Numbered from the stretch's first letter, positions 43,259 through 53,296 are shown. The stretch: DNA of 64,000 bases from an uncultured Actinomycetota bacterium (GCA_963720845.1 CAVRHG010000001.1:14487-78486), one strand, 5' to 3'. Numbers and translations are program-made. Notes: a model not told the origin generated them from the sequence alone.

Positions 43259-44225
43259 GGGATGTGCGCCTGCACCAGGTCGTGCACGAACCGCAGCTTC
43301 TCCAGCACCGTCGGGGCCAGCACGAACGGATAGAGGTCGTTCGCGCCCATGCTGCGGTTCACGGCGTTGAGCGCGTACGTCAGCGGCAGCCAGGTCTCGA
43401 CGATCTCGTCGAAGGTCGACGGCTGCTCGCTCGGCACCGCATCCAGCGGCGCCTCCGGGGGTGCCGCTGCGTCGTCCGGGCCCTCGACGACCAGCCCGTA
43501 GGCCGCCGCGGTCTGCTCGGTGTCGCGGATGTGCAGGTAGTGGGCGAACGACTCGGCCCAGTCCTCCCACGGGTGCGCGGTGGCGTAGGTCGAGACGTAG
43601 TGCTCCTCCCAGCCCGCCGGCGGCTCGGCCCCGTAGTGCTGCTCGAGCGCGTCGGCATAGCTGACCCGCTCGTCGCCGAACAGGGCGCCGAACGCGTCGG
43701 CGTTCCCCGGCCGGTCCACCAGCACCTCCCAGTACCAGTGCCCGGTCTCGTGGCGAAGGTGCCCGAGCATCGTCCGGTACGGCTCGGCCAGGCGGATGCG
43801 CAGCTGCTCGCGGTAGCCGTCGTCGCCTTCGGCCAGGTCGATGGTCACCACACCGGAGGCATGCCCGATGACCACGTTCTCGTGTGCGCTGGACAGCAGG
43901 TCGAAGGCCAGGCCGCCCTCGGGGTCCCCGTCCTTCCCGTCCCGGCCGACGACCGGCAGCCCGAGGTCGTCGAGCTGGTGGAGCAGCCGGCGCTTGGCGG
44001 CCTCGGTGCGGGCGAACATCGGCAGCGCGGCGGCGTCGCCGTCCGCGGGCCGCGTGCGGGTGAGCCGGCAGCAGCCGCACAGCGGCTCGTCCGGGGTGGT
44101 GAGCCAGTTGCAGGCGGCGATGTCGCTGTTGGCGCAGCGGACCAGGCCGCCCGCGGTCCGCCCGTCGTGCAGCACCCGCATCGCGCGGTCGGCGCGGGAG
44201 TACCCGAGCAGGTGAACGCGTGCAC
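43150..44225 (-). pseudogene. Putative zinc-binding metallopeptidase with deleted/frameshifted N-terminal zinc ribbon
   Basis: MHAFTC start joined out of frame to LLGYSR; [26 protein letters not shown] retained. Confidence 0.75.
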
Positions 44226-44316
44226 GCGGGCTGGTACCCGCAGGCACCGTCCCGAACACTGGATGCGGCCCGCAGCGCAGAAGGGCGCGGGGGAGGTACT
44301 GACTACGCTGGGCGGG

Positions 44317-45903
44317 GTGCAACCGCCGACCGTCCTCGTCGTCGACTACGGGGCGCAGTACGCCCAGCTGATCGCCCGCCGGGTGCGGGAGGCGCAGGTC
44401 TACTCCGAGATCGTGCCCGGCGACGCCTCCGTCGCGGAGATCCTCGCCCGCAAGCCCGCGGCGTTGATCCTCTCCGGGGGCCCGTCGAGCGTGTACGCGC
44501 CCGGCGCCCCCAGCGTGGATCCCGAGCTGTTCACGGCCGGGGTGCCGGTGCTGGGACTGTGCTATGGCTTCCAGGCGATGGCACAGGCGCTCGGTGGGGA
44601 GGTCGCGCCGGACGGGACGCGCGAGTACGGCCGCACCGAGCTGACGGTCACCGACGACGCCGGCGCCCTGCACGCGGGCCTGCCGACCCGGCATCCGGTG
44701 TGGATGAGCCACGGCGACTCGGTCGTAAGGGCGCCCGAGGGCTTCGCGGTGACGGCGGCGTCGGAGCGGGCGGCGGTCGCGGCCTTCGAGGATCGGGGGC
44801 GGCGGCTGGCCGGCCTGCAGTACCACCCCGAGGTCGGGCACTCCCCGCACGGTCAGCAGGTGCTGCGCCGCTTCCTGCACGACATCGCCGGCATCGCCCC
44901 GGGCTGGACGATCTCCTCGATCATCGAGGACACGGTCGCGGCGATCCGGGACCAGATCGGCGACGGGCGGGCGATCTGCGGGCTGTCCGGCGGTGTGGAC
45001 TCGGCCGTGGCGGCCGCGCTCGTCCAGCGGGCGATCCGGGACCGGCTGACCTGCGTGTTCGTGGACCACGGGCTGCTGCGGGCGGGCGAGCGGGAGCAGG
45101 TGGAGAAGGACTTCGTGACGGCGACGGGCGCGAAGCTGCACACCGTGGACGCGCGGGAGCGCTTCCTCACCGCGCTGGCCGGGGTGACCGATCCCGAGAC
45201 CAAGCGCAAGACGATCGGCCGCGAGTTCATCCGGGTGTTCGAGGCGGCGACGGCCGAGGTCCTCACCGCTGTGTCGGACGGCGGCTCCGCCGAGGCTCCG
45301 CCGGGCGATCACGTCGGGTTTCTCGTCCAGGGGACACTCTACCCGGACGTCGTGGAGTCGGGCGGCGGCTCCGGCACCGCGACGATCAAGAGCCACCACA
45401 ACGTGGGCGGGCTGCCGGACGACATCGAGTTCGCCCTGGTCGAGCCGTTGCGTGCGCTGTTCAAGGACGAGGTGCGCAAGGTCGGCGCCGAGCTGGGTCT
45501 GCCCGACGAGATCGTCCACCGCCAGCCGTTCCCGGGCCCCGGCCTGGGGATCCGGATCATCGGCGAGGTCACCGCGGACCGGCTCGAGACCCTGCGCGCC
45601 GCGGACGCGATCGCCCGCGAGGAGCTGACCTACGCCGGGCTGGACCGGGAGATCTGGCAGTGCCCGGTGGTGCTGCTCGCGGACGTGCGCAGCGTGGGGG
45701 TGCAGGGCGACGGCCGCACCTACGGGCATCCGGTGGTGCTGCGCCCGGTCAGCTCGGAGGACGCGATGACGGCCGACTGGACGCGGCTGCCGTACGACGT
45801 GCTGGAGCGCATTTCGACACGGATCACGAACGAGGTGGCCGAGGTCAACCGCGTGGTGCTGGACGTGACGAGCAAGCCGCCGGGAACCATCGAGTGGGAG
45901 TGA
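44317..45903 (+). CDS. guaA: GMP synthase (glutamine-hydrolysing)
   Basis: [36 protein letters not shown]. Confidence 0.99.
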   Translation: MQPPTVLVVDYGAQYAQLIARRVREAQVYSEIVPGDASVAEILARKPAALILSGGPSSVYAPGAPSVDPELFTAGVPVLGLCYGFQAMAQALGGEVAPDGTREYGRTELTVTDDAGALHAGLPTRHPVWMSHGDSVVRAPEGFAVTAASERAAVAAFEDRGRRLAGLQYHPEVGHSPHGQQVLRRFLHDIAGIAPGWTISSIIEDTVAAIRDQIGDGRAICGLSGGVDSAVAAALVQRAIRDRLTCVFVDHGLLRAGEREQVEKDFVTATGAKLHTVDARERFLTALAGVTDPETKRKTIGREFIRVFEAATAEVLTAVSDGGSAEAPPGDHVGFLVQGTLYPDVVESGGGSGTATIKSHHNVGGLPDDIEFALVEPLRALFKDEVRKVGAELGLPDEIVHRQPFPGPGLGIRIIGEVTADRLETLRAADAIAREELTYAGLDREIWQCPVVLLADVRSVGVQGDGRTYGHPVVLRPVSSEDAMTADWTRLPYDVLERISTRITNEVAEVNRVVLDVTSKPPGTIEWE

Positions 45904-45995
45904 CCGGCGCGGCGGGGAGCTGACCCCGCCGGCCGGCCGATGCCCAAGCGAAAGCGGCGTTCGCAAGGGTCAACCTTGCCAACGCCGCTCTCGCT
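45904..45995. terminator. Two inverted repeats between convergent genes
   Basis: ggcgggg/ccccgcc stem, then agcgaaagcggcgttcgcaagg / ccttgccaacgccgctctcgct. Confidence 0.7.
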
Positions 45996-46031
45996 GCGTA
46001 GCCGGTGCTCCCCAGAACCGGCCCCGCTGGA

Positions 46032-46376
46032 TCAGCCGCTGCGCCGTCCCCCCGAACGGCTGCGGAGGCTGCCTACCAGCAGCACCAGGCCGACCGCGGC
46101 TGCCCCGCCCGCGAGCAGCCAGCGGGGGTCGAACCCGCTGAGGTCGGGCAGGTCGCCGACGAAGGCGAACACCGCCATCGCCAGCGTCGCCAGCCCCACG
46201 AGCAGCGTGAGCGGGTCGGGGCCGCGCCGTCGCGCGGACGGCGCCGGGTCGTCGGTGGTGATCACGTCGGTGTGCAGCGCGTCGGGTTGGGTCGCGTCGG
46301 GTTGCAGCGCGTCGATGTGCATGGTCTCTCCGCTCTCGGTTCCGGTCTGGTCGTCGGTGTGCTCCCGCTCAGCCAC
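46032..46376 (-). CDS. Small membrane protein of the PspC operon
   Basis: RRGPDPLTLLVGL, two TMs; overlaps the PspC gene end. Confidence 0.8.
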   Translation of the reverse strand: MAEREHTDDQTGTESGETMHIDALQPDATQPDALHTDVITTDDPAPSARRRGPDPLTLLVGLATLAMAVFAFVGDLPDLSGFDPRWLLAGGAAAVGLVLLVGSLRSRSGGRRSG

Positions 46377-47577
46377 GGTGCACCTCCACCGACCCGACGC
46401 CTGCGTGCACGTCGAGCACGATCGGCCGCCCGGCGGCGACCCCGTCCGCGCCCAGGTCGTTCACGCTGAGCCGGGCCCCGGGCCCGTCGTTCTCCTGGTC
46501 GTCGAACTCCACCGAGCCGAGGCCGGACTCGCCGGTGAAGCGCACGTCCGCGTCGCGGGGCACCCAGATCTCGACGGCGCCCACCCCGGCGTCGATCGAC
46601 GTCGCGACCGGCGTGGCCGCCGCTCCCGGCGGCACGGTCAGATCCATCCGGCGCAGGTCCAGCTCGATCGTGCCGACGTCGCTGCGGTACTGCGGCGCGA
46701 GCGCGGCCGGGGTCGTCGGTGCCAGCCGCAGGTCCTGCGGCGGTCCTGCGGCGGCGATCCGGTCCAGCGGTGCCGCGAGCGCCCCCCAGGTCAGTGCCCC
46801 GACCAGGAGCGCGACGGGGATCAGGCCACGGCCCGAGCGGGTGAAGGCGCCCACGACGAGACCCGCGCCGAGCACCGCCAGCAGCACCCCGAACAGCACG
46901 GGCAGGTCCGTGAGACCGCCCACGGCCAGCAGCACGAGCGCGGTGACTCCGCCGGCGAGCAGCGCGAGGGCCAAGGTCACCGGCGTCACCCGCGACCGCG
47001 GCCGTGGCGGGGTGGCCGGGGTCGGGGAGGGTTCGGGCAGGTCCCAGGCGAACGGGGCGGCGCCCAGCGGGTCCCAGGCCGGTGGGGTCATCGCGCTGCC
47101 CTCCGTGGTCGTCCCCGGCGCGTCCTGCTGGGCGGGCCGGTCGTGCTGGGCGGGCCGGGGCGCTGCCGGCCCGGGGAGACCGCGGCCGCTGCGGCTGCGG
47201 TGCAGCAGGAACAGCAGCGCCGCGACCGCCGCGATCGGTAGCAGCACACCGCCGTGCGAGTGCGACATCCCGCCGAGGCCGACCACGGCCGCGATCCCGA
47301 GCGGGATCAGCAGCCACGCCTTGGGGCGCCGCCGGCCGGATCCGACCGGACCGGTATCGGGCTCGTCGGGTAGCAGCACCCAGCCGGCGATGTAGAGCGC
47401 CGCGCCGATGCCGTAGAAGGCCGCGACGACGAAACCCACCCGGACGAGTACGGGATCGATGTCGTAGCGGCGCGCGATCGCCGCGGCGACGCCGGCGACC
47501 TGCCGGCCGTCCCGCGGCCGAGCGGGGCGGGTTACCCACATGTCCCGCAGCGTGGTGTGCACGTCCGAACCGTTCAT
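46369..47577 (-). CDS. PspC domain protein with LiaF-like C-terminus
   Basis: RQVAGVAAAIARRYDIDPVLVRV; GTIELDL, GVGSVEV. Confidence 0.9.
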   Translation of the reverse strand: MNGSDVHTTLRDMWVTRPARPRDGRQVAGVAAAIARRYDIDPVLVRVGFVVAAFYGIGAALYIAGWVLLPDEPDTGPVGSGRRRPKAWLLIPLGIAAVVGLGGMSHSHGGVLLPIAAVAALLFLLHRSRSGRGLPGPAAPRPAQHDRPAQQDAPGTTTEGSAMTPPAWDPLGAAPFAWDLPEPSPTPATPPRPRSRVTPVTLALALLAGGVTALVLLAVGGLTDLPVLFGVLLAVLGAGLVVGAFTRSGRGLIPVALLVGALTWGALAAPLDRIAAAGPPQDLRLAPTTPAALAPQYRSDVGTIELDLRRMDLTVPPGAAATPVATSIDAGVGAVEIWVPRDADVRFTGESGLGSVEFDDQENDGPGARLSVNDLGADGVAAGRPIVLDVHAGVGSVEVHRG

Positions 47578-47684
47578 GGCTCTCAGGTTGGTCCGGCCCG
47601 CGGGCCCCGACATCAGGGGACACCCTGAGAAATCGGCCCGCCGACCCCGATGGCACCTCCCCAGGTCCGTGTGACGATGAGAGC

Positions 47685-48965
47685 GTGACCAGCCCTGTTC
47701 CGACCTCTCCGGCGCCGGTGCCGGTCCCGCCGCCGGCGGGACCGCTGCACCGCCGCCGGTCCGGCCGCCTGGTCGCGGGCGTGGCCGGGGGCATCGCGGA
47801 CCACCTCGGCGTGAAGGTGCTGTGGGTGCGCGCGGCGTTCGTCGCGCTGATGGCGGTGAGCGGTGCGGGGGTGCTCGCCTACGGCCTGCTGTGGATCTTC
47901 GTTCGGCAGGAGGCGGCGACCGTCGAGCGGGCGGTGCCGGCGCGCGAGCGCCAGCAGGCGCTCGGGCTCGCCGCGCTCGGGCTGGGCGTCGGGCTGGCCG
48001 CCTCCGCGCTGGGCAACTCGACCCTGGGCTGGGTCGTCGGGCCGCTGGGCGTCGTGATCGCCGGTGCCGCGGTCGTGTGGCGGGAGGCCGACGAGGCCCA
48101 GCGCCGTCGATGGGCGGGTGCGCGGCCGGGTTGGCGGGCGGCGCTGCTGCGGGTGGTCGCCGGGGCGCTGTTCGTCGCCGCCGGGATCGCGGTCTTCCTG
48201 CTGGGGAACCTCGACATGGGCCAGGTGCAGTTCGGGCTGCTCGCCGTGCTGGCCACGCTCGTCGGCGTCGCGGTGATCACGGTGCCGTGGTGGGTGCGGC
48301 TGGTCCGCGACCTCGGTGAGGAGCGCAGCGAGCGCATCCGGGAGGCCGAGCGGGCGGAGATCGCGGCGCACCTGCACGACTCGGTGCTCCAGACCCTCGC
48401 GTTGATCCAGCGCCAGTCCGACTCGCCCCGCGAGGTGGCCCGGCTGGCCCGGGGCCAGGAGCGCGAGCTGCGGACGTGGCTGTACGGGCTCGGCGGGTAC
48501 CGGCGGCCGGGGGCGTCCGACCGGGCGGATGCGGGGCTGACCGACGCCCTTGCCGCCACGGCCGCCGAGGTCGAGGACACCTACGCGCTCTCGGTGCGCC
48601 CGGTGGTGGTCGGCGGGGACCGGACCCTGGACGACGACCTGCGCGCCCTCGTCCTGGCCGCCCGCGAGGCAATGGTGAACGCCGCGAAGCACGCCGGGGT
48701 GGACGAGGTGAGCGTGTTCGCCGAGGTCGAGCCGGACGAGGTGAACGTGTTCGTCCGCGACCGCGGGGCCGGGTTCGACCCCGATTCCGTCCCTGACGAC
48801 CGGCACGGCCTGGCGGACTCGGTACGCGGCAGGATGGCCCGGCACGGCGGGACGGTTCGGCTGCGCAGCCGGGCCGGGGAGGGCACCGAGGTGCACCTGC
48901 GGATGCCGACCGCCGCTGTGGAGGAGAAGGATCGGGCAGTCGAGCAGAAGGAGCACTCGCCATGA
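47685..48965 (+). CDS. PspC-domain sensor histidine kinase
   Basis: VAGVAGGIADHLG; AHLHDSVLQTL; NAAKHAG; DRGAGF. Confidence 0.93.
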   Translation: MTSPVPTSPAPVPVPPPAGPLHRRRSGRLVAGVAGGIADHLGVKVLWVRAAFVALMAVSGAGVLAYGLLWIFVRQEAATVERAVPARERQQALGLAALGLGVGLAASALGNSTLGWVVGPLGVVIAGAAVVWREADEAQRRRWAGARPGWRAALLRVVAGALFVAAGIAVFLLGNLDMGQVQFGLLAVLATLVGVAVITVPWWVRLVRDLGEERSERIREAERAEIAAHLHDSVLQTLALIQRQSDSPREVARLARGQERELRTWLYGLGGYRRPGASDRADAGLTDALAATAAEVEDTYALSVRPVVVGGDRTLDDDLRALVLAAREAMVNAAKHAGVDEVSVFAEVEPDEVNVFVRDRGAGFDPDSVPDDRHGLADSVRGRMARHGGTVRLRSRAGEGTEVHLRMPTAAVEEKDRAVEQKEHSP

Positions 48966-49627
48966 CCGAGCCGGCCACGCCCGTGCGGGTTTTCCTCGTC
49001 GACGACCACGCCCTGTTCCGCTCGGGGGTGCGCGCCGAGCTGGACCGCAGCGTGCCCGACGTATCGGTGGTCGGGGAGGCCGGTTCGGTGGCCGAGGCGG
49101 TCGCCGGGATCGCGCACCTGCGCCCGGACGTCGTCCTGCTCGACGTCCACATGCCCGACGGCGGCGGCGCCGAGGTTCTGCGCAAGGTGCGCCCCGCGCA
49201 GCCGGACGTCGTGTTCCTGGCCTTGAGCGTCTCCGACGCCGCCGAGGACGTCATCGCCGTGATCCGCGCAGGGGCCCGCGGGTACGTCACGAAGACGATC
49301 TCCGGTCGGGAGCTGGCCGACGCGGTGCGTCGCGTCCGGGCCGGTGACCCGGTGTTCTCGCCCCGCCTCGCCGGCTTCGTGCTCGACGCGTTCTCCGACC
49401 GCCCCGGCGCCGCGCCGCCCACCGATCCCGAGCTGGATCGGCTCACGCGGCGCGAACGCGACGTCCTGCGCCTGCTCGCCCGCGGCTACTCCTACCGTGA
49501 GATCGCGGGCGAGCTGTTCATATCGGTCAAGACCGTCGAGACGCATGTGTCGAGCGTGCTGCGCAAGACGCAGCTGTCGAACCGGTACGAGCTCTCGCGC
49601 TGGGCGTCGGACCGCCGGCTGGTCTGA
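48962..49627 (+). CDS. NarL/LuxR response regulator
   Basis: LVDDH, LLDVHMP, ISVKTVETH. Confidence 0.96.
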   Translation: MTEPATPVRVFLVDDHALFRSGVRAELDRSVPDVSVVGEAGSVAEAVAGIAHLRPDVVLLDVHMPDGGGAEVLRKVRPAQPDVVFLALSVSDAAEDVIAVIRAGARGYVTKTISGRELADAVRRVRAGDPVFSPRLAGFVLDAFSDRPGAAPPTDPELDRLTRRERDVLRLLARGYSYREIAGELFISVKTVETHVSSVLRKTQLSNRYELSRWASDRRLV

Positions 49628-49660
49628 TCGGCCCCCGCGCGCTTGCGCTCCCGGCCCGCA

Positions 49661-51403
49661 TCACCGACCGAGCAGGGCGCTCGCCTTGTCCTTGAGGGCC
49701 TCGGCAGCCGGGAGGCTCCGGGGGGCGGGTGTGTCGGCGTCGGGCTTGCTCTCCGCCCGCTCGTCCGACTTCTCCGGAGCGACGACCCGCAGCGGTGCGG
49801 TTCGCGGTTCGGCCGACGGGTCGGGGTCGTCGAGCGGGGTGACGATTTGCAGCGGCTCCGTCGGAGGCTCCGCCTCTGCCCGTGTCTGCGCCTCTGTCGT
49901 CTCCGGCCCGTCGACGGCCCGGGAGGACAGGACCCGCGTCGGCAGGGTCGTGTCCGCCGCAGCAGCTGGGGAGCCGGTCGCCTGCAACGGGACGATCTTC
50001 GTCAGCACGTCCGCTGGGTCGACCGCTGTCTGCTCCGGGTAGCCGGCCGCCTGGGACGGGACGATCGGAATCGGCAGGGTCGGGGGGTCCACGACCGGGC
50101 TCTCGCCCCGGGCCGCGACCCGGCGGGCGGTCTCCGAAGGATCAACCGGCAGGACCGGACGCGCGGCGTCGGTGGCGCCCTGCACGGCAGAGGTGGTGAC
50201 GGCCGCCGCGTCCCGCACCGCGGACACGACGTTCCCGGTCGCCGCCTGCGCGAACGAGCCCGGGGCGGCCGGTGGGTCGCCGCTCACGACCGGATCGGTC
50301 AACTCCCCGGGCAGCGAGGGCAGCAACGGGTCCGCAAGGTCGAGAACCGACCCCGCAGCCCCCAGCGCGACGGCCGGCCCGCTCACCGCCAGGACGGGCT
50401 GGATCACCGACTCCGTTGCGGCGACGACCGGACTGACGGCCGGCGCAGCGGCGTTCACCAGTGGTGTCACGTTCTCGAGGACGGGTCCGGTGGTCGTGCC
50501 CACGAGCTCCGCGACCGGGGTCGCGGCCCGGGCGACCTCGTTCGCGACCGGGGCGATCACCGTCGCGGCAGGTGCGACCACTGCCGCGACAGGGGCGACG
50601 ACCGGGCTCACCCCCTGTGCGAGGGCATCGACGACGGGCGCGGCTGCCTGCGCCACGCCGGTCACGACAGGGTCGGCGGTGTGTGTCACACCGTGGATGA
50701 CCGGGGCGATCACCTCGGTCACGGGGTCCGTCGCGTGCGTCACCCCGCTCACCACGGGAGTGACGATGCCGCCCGCCGGGCCGGCCGGCACTGCAGCACC
50801 GGCCGGGGCGAGTGCCCGAACCGGCCCGGCCGGTGCCGCCGCCGTCACCACGCCGGCCGCGCGGGTGCCCGGCGCCGGGTCGTCCGTCGACCTGAACGGT
50901 GTGTAGTAGGCGATGGCCCGGAGCAGCCCGGAACGGGCGACGACGTCGCGTCCGCGCACCGAGCCGTATGCCGTGCCCGGCTTGACCAACGTGCCCTCAC
51001 CCTGGAACTGCCCGGCCCCGTCGTCCCCGCCCTGGCCGAACGGCAGGGGACCGCCGACACCGGCAGCCGCCAGGAGCGCGGCGCCGAGCACGGACCCGGC
51101 GACGACGAGGCCACCCGCACCGAGTGCGGTCCGGCAGGCGTCGCCGCGGCTCCGCGGCGTCGGCACGCCGGGCTGGTCCGCGTCCGGCTCGGGTTCGGTC
51201 TCGGGGGACGGGGCGACCCGGGCCGCGGGTACCTCCGCCCGCACCGGCGGGCGACCCTCTCGGCGCAGCAGGTCGCCGACGAGCACCGGCGTCGCGCCGG
51301 TGGACACGCTGTCGGTCGTCGCCGGCGCGGAGCCCAGCCGCCGGCACAGCTCGGCGACACTCACCGGAACATCCGTTGATCCGTCGCCTCTTGTGGCTGC
51401 CAC
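49661..51403 (-). CDS. Hypothetical membrane-anchored Ala/Val/Pro-rich protein
   Basis: Long ORF, GGGAGG SD before GTG, one TM, Pro-punctuated repeats; start uncertain. Confidence 0.65.
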   Translation of the reverse strand: MAATRGDGSTDVPVSVAELCRRLGSAPATTDSVSTGATPVLVGDLLRREGRPPVRAEVPAARVAPSPETEPEPDADQPGVPTPRSRGDACRTALGAGGLVVAGSVLGAALLAAAGVGGPLPFGQGGDDGAGQFQGEGTLVKPGTAYGSVRGRDVVARSGLLRAIAYYTPFRSTDDPAPGTRAAGVVTAAAPAGPVRALAPAGAAVPAGPAGGIVTPVVSGVTHATDPVTEVIAPVIHGVTHTADPVVTGVAQAAAPVVDALAQGVSPVVAPVAAVVAPAATVIAPVANEVARAATPVAELVGTTTGPVLENVTPLVNAAAPAVSPVVAATESVIQPVLAVSGPAVALGAAGSVLDLADPLLPSLPGELTDPVVSGDPPAAPGSFAQAATGNVVSAVRDAAAVTTSAVQGATDAARPVLPVDPSETARRVAARGESPVVDPPTLPIPIVPSQAAGYPEQTAVDPADVLTKIVPLQATGSPAAAADTTLPTRVLSSRAVDGPETTEAQTRAEAEPPTEPLQIVTPLDDPDPSAEPRTAPLRVVAPEKSDERAESKPDADTPAPRSLPAAEALKDKASALLGR

Positions 51404-51542
51404 TGCGCCGACCCTCCCGGACTCCCCAGCCGATGTGGACACCGAATGTGTACAGCACGCGACGGAGAGCGAGAAACCTTGATCGACCGCTTGTCGCAGC
51501 ACTCACCGAAGTGTGACGCCGTTCACCTTTCGTCACGCACCG

Positions 51543-52286
51543 TTAGCCGACTAACACAATCTGGAACGCCTCGGCCAATCGCCCGGCGGTCAATCCGAAG
51601 CGGTGGGCCCACACACCTCCCAGGCTGCGGATTCGTTGGTCGAGATCCGTCATGTGGGTGGTCTGGCTGGCATGGGCACGAAGTGCCGCGACTTTGCGCC
51701 CAACGGTGTCGGTGATGTCGACGACGTGGTCGATGCGCTCGTCGGGTGCGGCCATCAGCCAGAGCTCGCGCACGGACCATGGTTCGAGACCCTCGTCTGC
51801 GAGCAGCTCCGGATGGGCGAAGGGGTTGCGCGCGTCGGGGTAGACGGCGGCGAGTGCGGCCTCGCCGACGGCGCGGTGGTCCGGGTGCGAGGCAGAGAGG
51901 CGGCGCCACCAGATCTCCGGCGACGGGGCCAGCACCCGGTCCGGCCGGAAGCGGCGGATCTCCCGGCTGATGTCGCGGCGCAGCTCCAGGCTCGGGGTGA
52001 GGCGGCCGTCGGCGTAGCCGAGGAATCGGACGTCGGAGACTCCCACCTCCTTCGCGGCGGCGCGCTGCTCGGCCTCGCGCAGGGGTCCCATCTCGTGGCG
52101 CGGGGTGTCGTCGAAGCCGCCCGCATCCCCGGAGGTGCAGACGCAGTACGCGGTCTCGATGCCGGCCGCGGTCCAGGTCGCGACGGTTCCGGCGGCGGCG
52201 AAGTCCACGTCGTCGGGGTGTGCGGTGACCACGAGCACGCGGGTGACGTCGGTCCGGACGCTGACCGACCGCAGGGGTGTCGACAC
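51543..52286 (-). CDS. PIG-L/LmbE family deacetylase
   Basis: AHPDD, SHPDH, HASQ. Confidence 0.93.
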   Translation of the reverse strand: MSTPLRSVSVRTDVTRVLVVTAHPDDVDFAAAGTVATWTAAGIETAYCVCTSGDAGGFDDTPRHEMGPLREAEQRAAAKEVGVSDVRFLGYADGRLTPSLELRRDISREIRRFRPDRVLAPSPEIWWRRLSASHPDHRAVGEAALAAVYPDARNPFAHPELLADEGLEPWSVRELWLMAAPDERIDHVVDITDTVGRKVAALRAHASQTTHMTDLDQRIRSLGGVWAHRFGLTAGRLAEAFQIVLVG

Positions 52287-52416
52287 GGTCGCACCCTACG
52301 ACCTGCGCGCGCGGTCCGTCGGCACACACGACGTCGGGCTCACACCCACGTCACGAACTGTGTACGGGCCCGCGGACCTGTGTGCAGGCGGCAGAACCCG
52401 GAGGTGCGCGGCGGTG

Positions 52417-52737
52417 TCAGGCGCCGCCGCGGAACCGGTCGCGGGTGCCGTCCAGAGCCCGCTTGGCGGCCACACCGCCGCCCGCGGCGAGCACCGCGCC
52501 GAGCACGTCGACGGGCACCGAGCCACCGAGCGTCAGCAACAGGCCCAGCGCCGCGACGGCGGTGGTGCCGATGGCCACCCCCCGCCGCTCCTTGACGAAC
52601 AGCGCCGCGCTCTCCCCGGAGAGGCCCCGCTTGCGGGCCGCCGAGTTCAGCATGGCGAGATAGCCGGCGTTGCCCAGCGCGACCAGCAGTCCCAGCAGGG
52701 CGATCAGCCCCGCGACGATCCCGACCGTCCCTGCCAT
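52417..52737 (-). CDS. Small hypothetical membrane protein
   Basis: Three hydrophobic segments; GYLAMLNSAARKRG. Confidence 0.8.
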   Translation of the reverse strand: MAGTVGIVAGLIALLGLLVALGNAGYLAMLNSAARKRGLSGESAALFVKERRGVAIGTTAVAALGLLLTLGGSVPVDVLGAVLAAGGGVAAKRALDGTRDRFRGGA

Positions 52738-52780
52738 GCCCACCAGACTGCCACGACCCGCAACAGGTCCGCGTGAAGTC

Positions 52781-53080
52781 TCAGCGACCTCCCAGGCGCC
52801 CACGTCCTAGCCGCAGCAGCAACATGCCCAGCTCCCGGCCCTCGGCCCCGAGGTCGCGGAACCGCGCCAGCACGGCCATCTCGCGGTTGTAGACGATGCG
52901 TGGGCCGCCGGCGGCCATCCGGGCGGCGCCGATGAGGCGCGAGACCTCGCTGCGCCGTTTCACCAGCCGCAGGATCTCCGCGTCGAGGTGGTCGATCTCC
53001 TGTCTCAGCTGATCGATCTCCTCGGCGGCCGGGATCCGTACCGGGTCCGTCGGCGCGATCTCGTCGCTGGTCACGATCAT
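52781..53080 (-). CDS. Intracellular chorismate mutase (AroQ-delta, Rv0948c-like)
   Basis: LRQEIDHLDAEIL, GGPRIV, LLRLGRGRLG; AGGAG SD; divergent from pcrA. Confidence 0.95.
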   Translation of the reverse strand: MIVTSDEIAPTDPVRIPAAEEIDQLRQEIDHLDAEILRLVKRRSEVSRLIGAARMAAGGPRIVYNREMAVLARFRDLGAEGRELGMLLLRLGRGRLGGR

Positions 53081-53133
53081 GATGTTCTCCTGGTGTCCGG
53101 TGTTTCGCGAGTACCGCCGTCCCGGACACGACA

Positions 53134-53163
53134 ACGCCCCGGGTCCGTCGGACTCCGGGGCGT
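53134..53163 (-). terminator. Putative attenuator terminator hairpin
   Basis: mRNA ACGCCCCGGAGUCC-GAC-GGACCCGGGGCGU followed by UGUCGUGU. Confidence 0.7.
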
Positions 53164-53179
53164 GGAGGGCTTGAGTGCG

Positions 53180-53239
53180 CTAAGCGGCCACGGGAACCGG
53201 TGTCCGGTACCCGTAGAAAAATCGCCGACTCATGCGCAC
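53180..53239 (-). CDS. Putative Phe/Tyr leader peptide (MR)MSRRFFYGYRTPVPVAA
   Basis: TTT TTC TAC GGG TAC cluster; CACACT -10-like hexamer 6 nt before GTG; alternative ATG at 53233. Confidence 0.75.
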   Translation of the reverse strand: MRMSRRFFYGYRTPVPVAA

Positions 53240-53296
53240 GGCAGCAGTGTGCCACACGGAAGGACTGTCGGGGAACGGGCGTACCGTTTCGACCCG

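Noticed and set aside
43027-45966. 958-aa plus and 938-aa minus overlapping ORFs
   Set aside because: Each is one real gene (guaA or the peptidase) extended by the antisense frame of the other.
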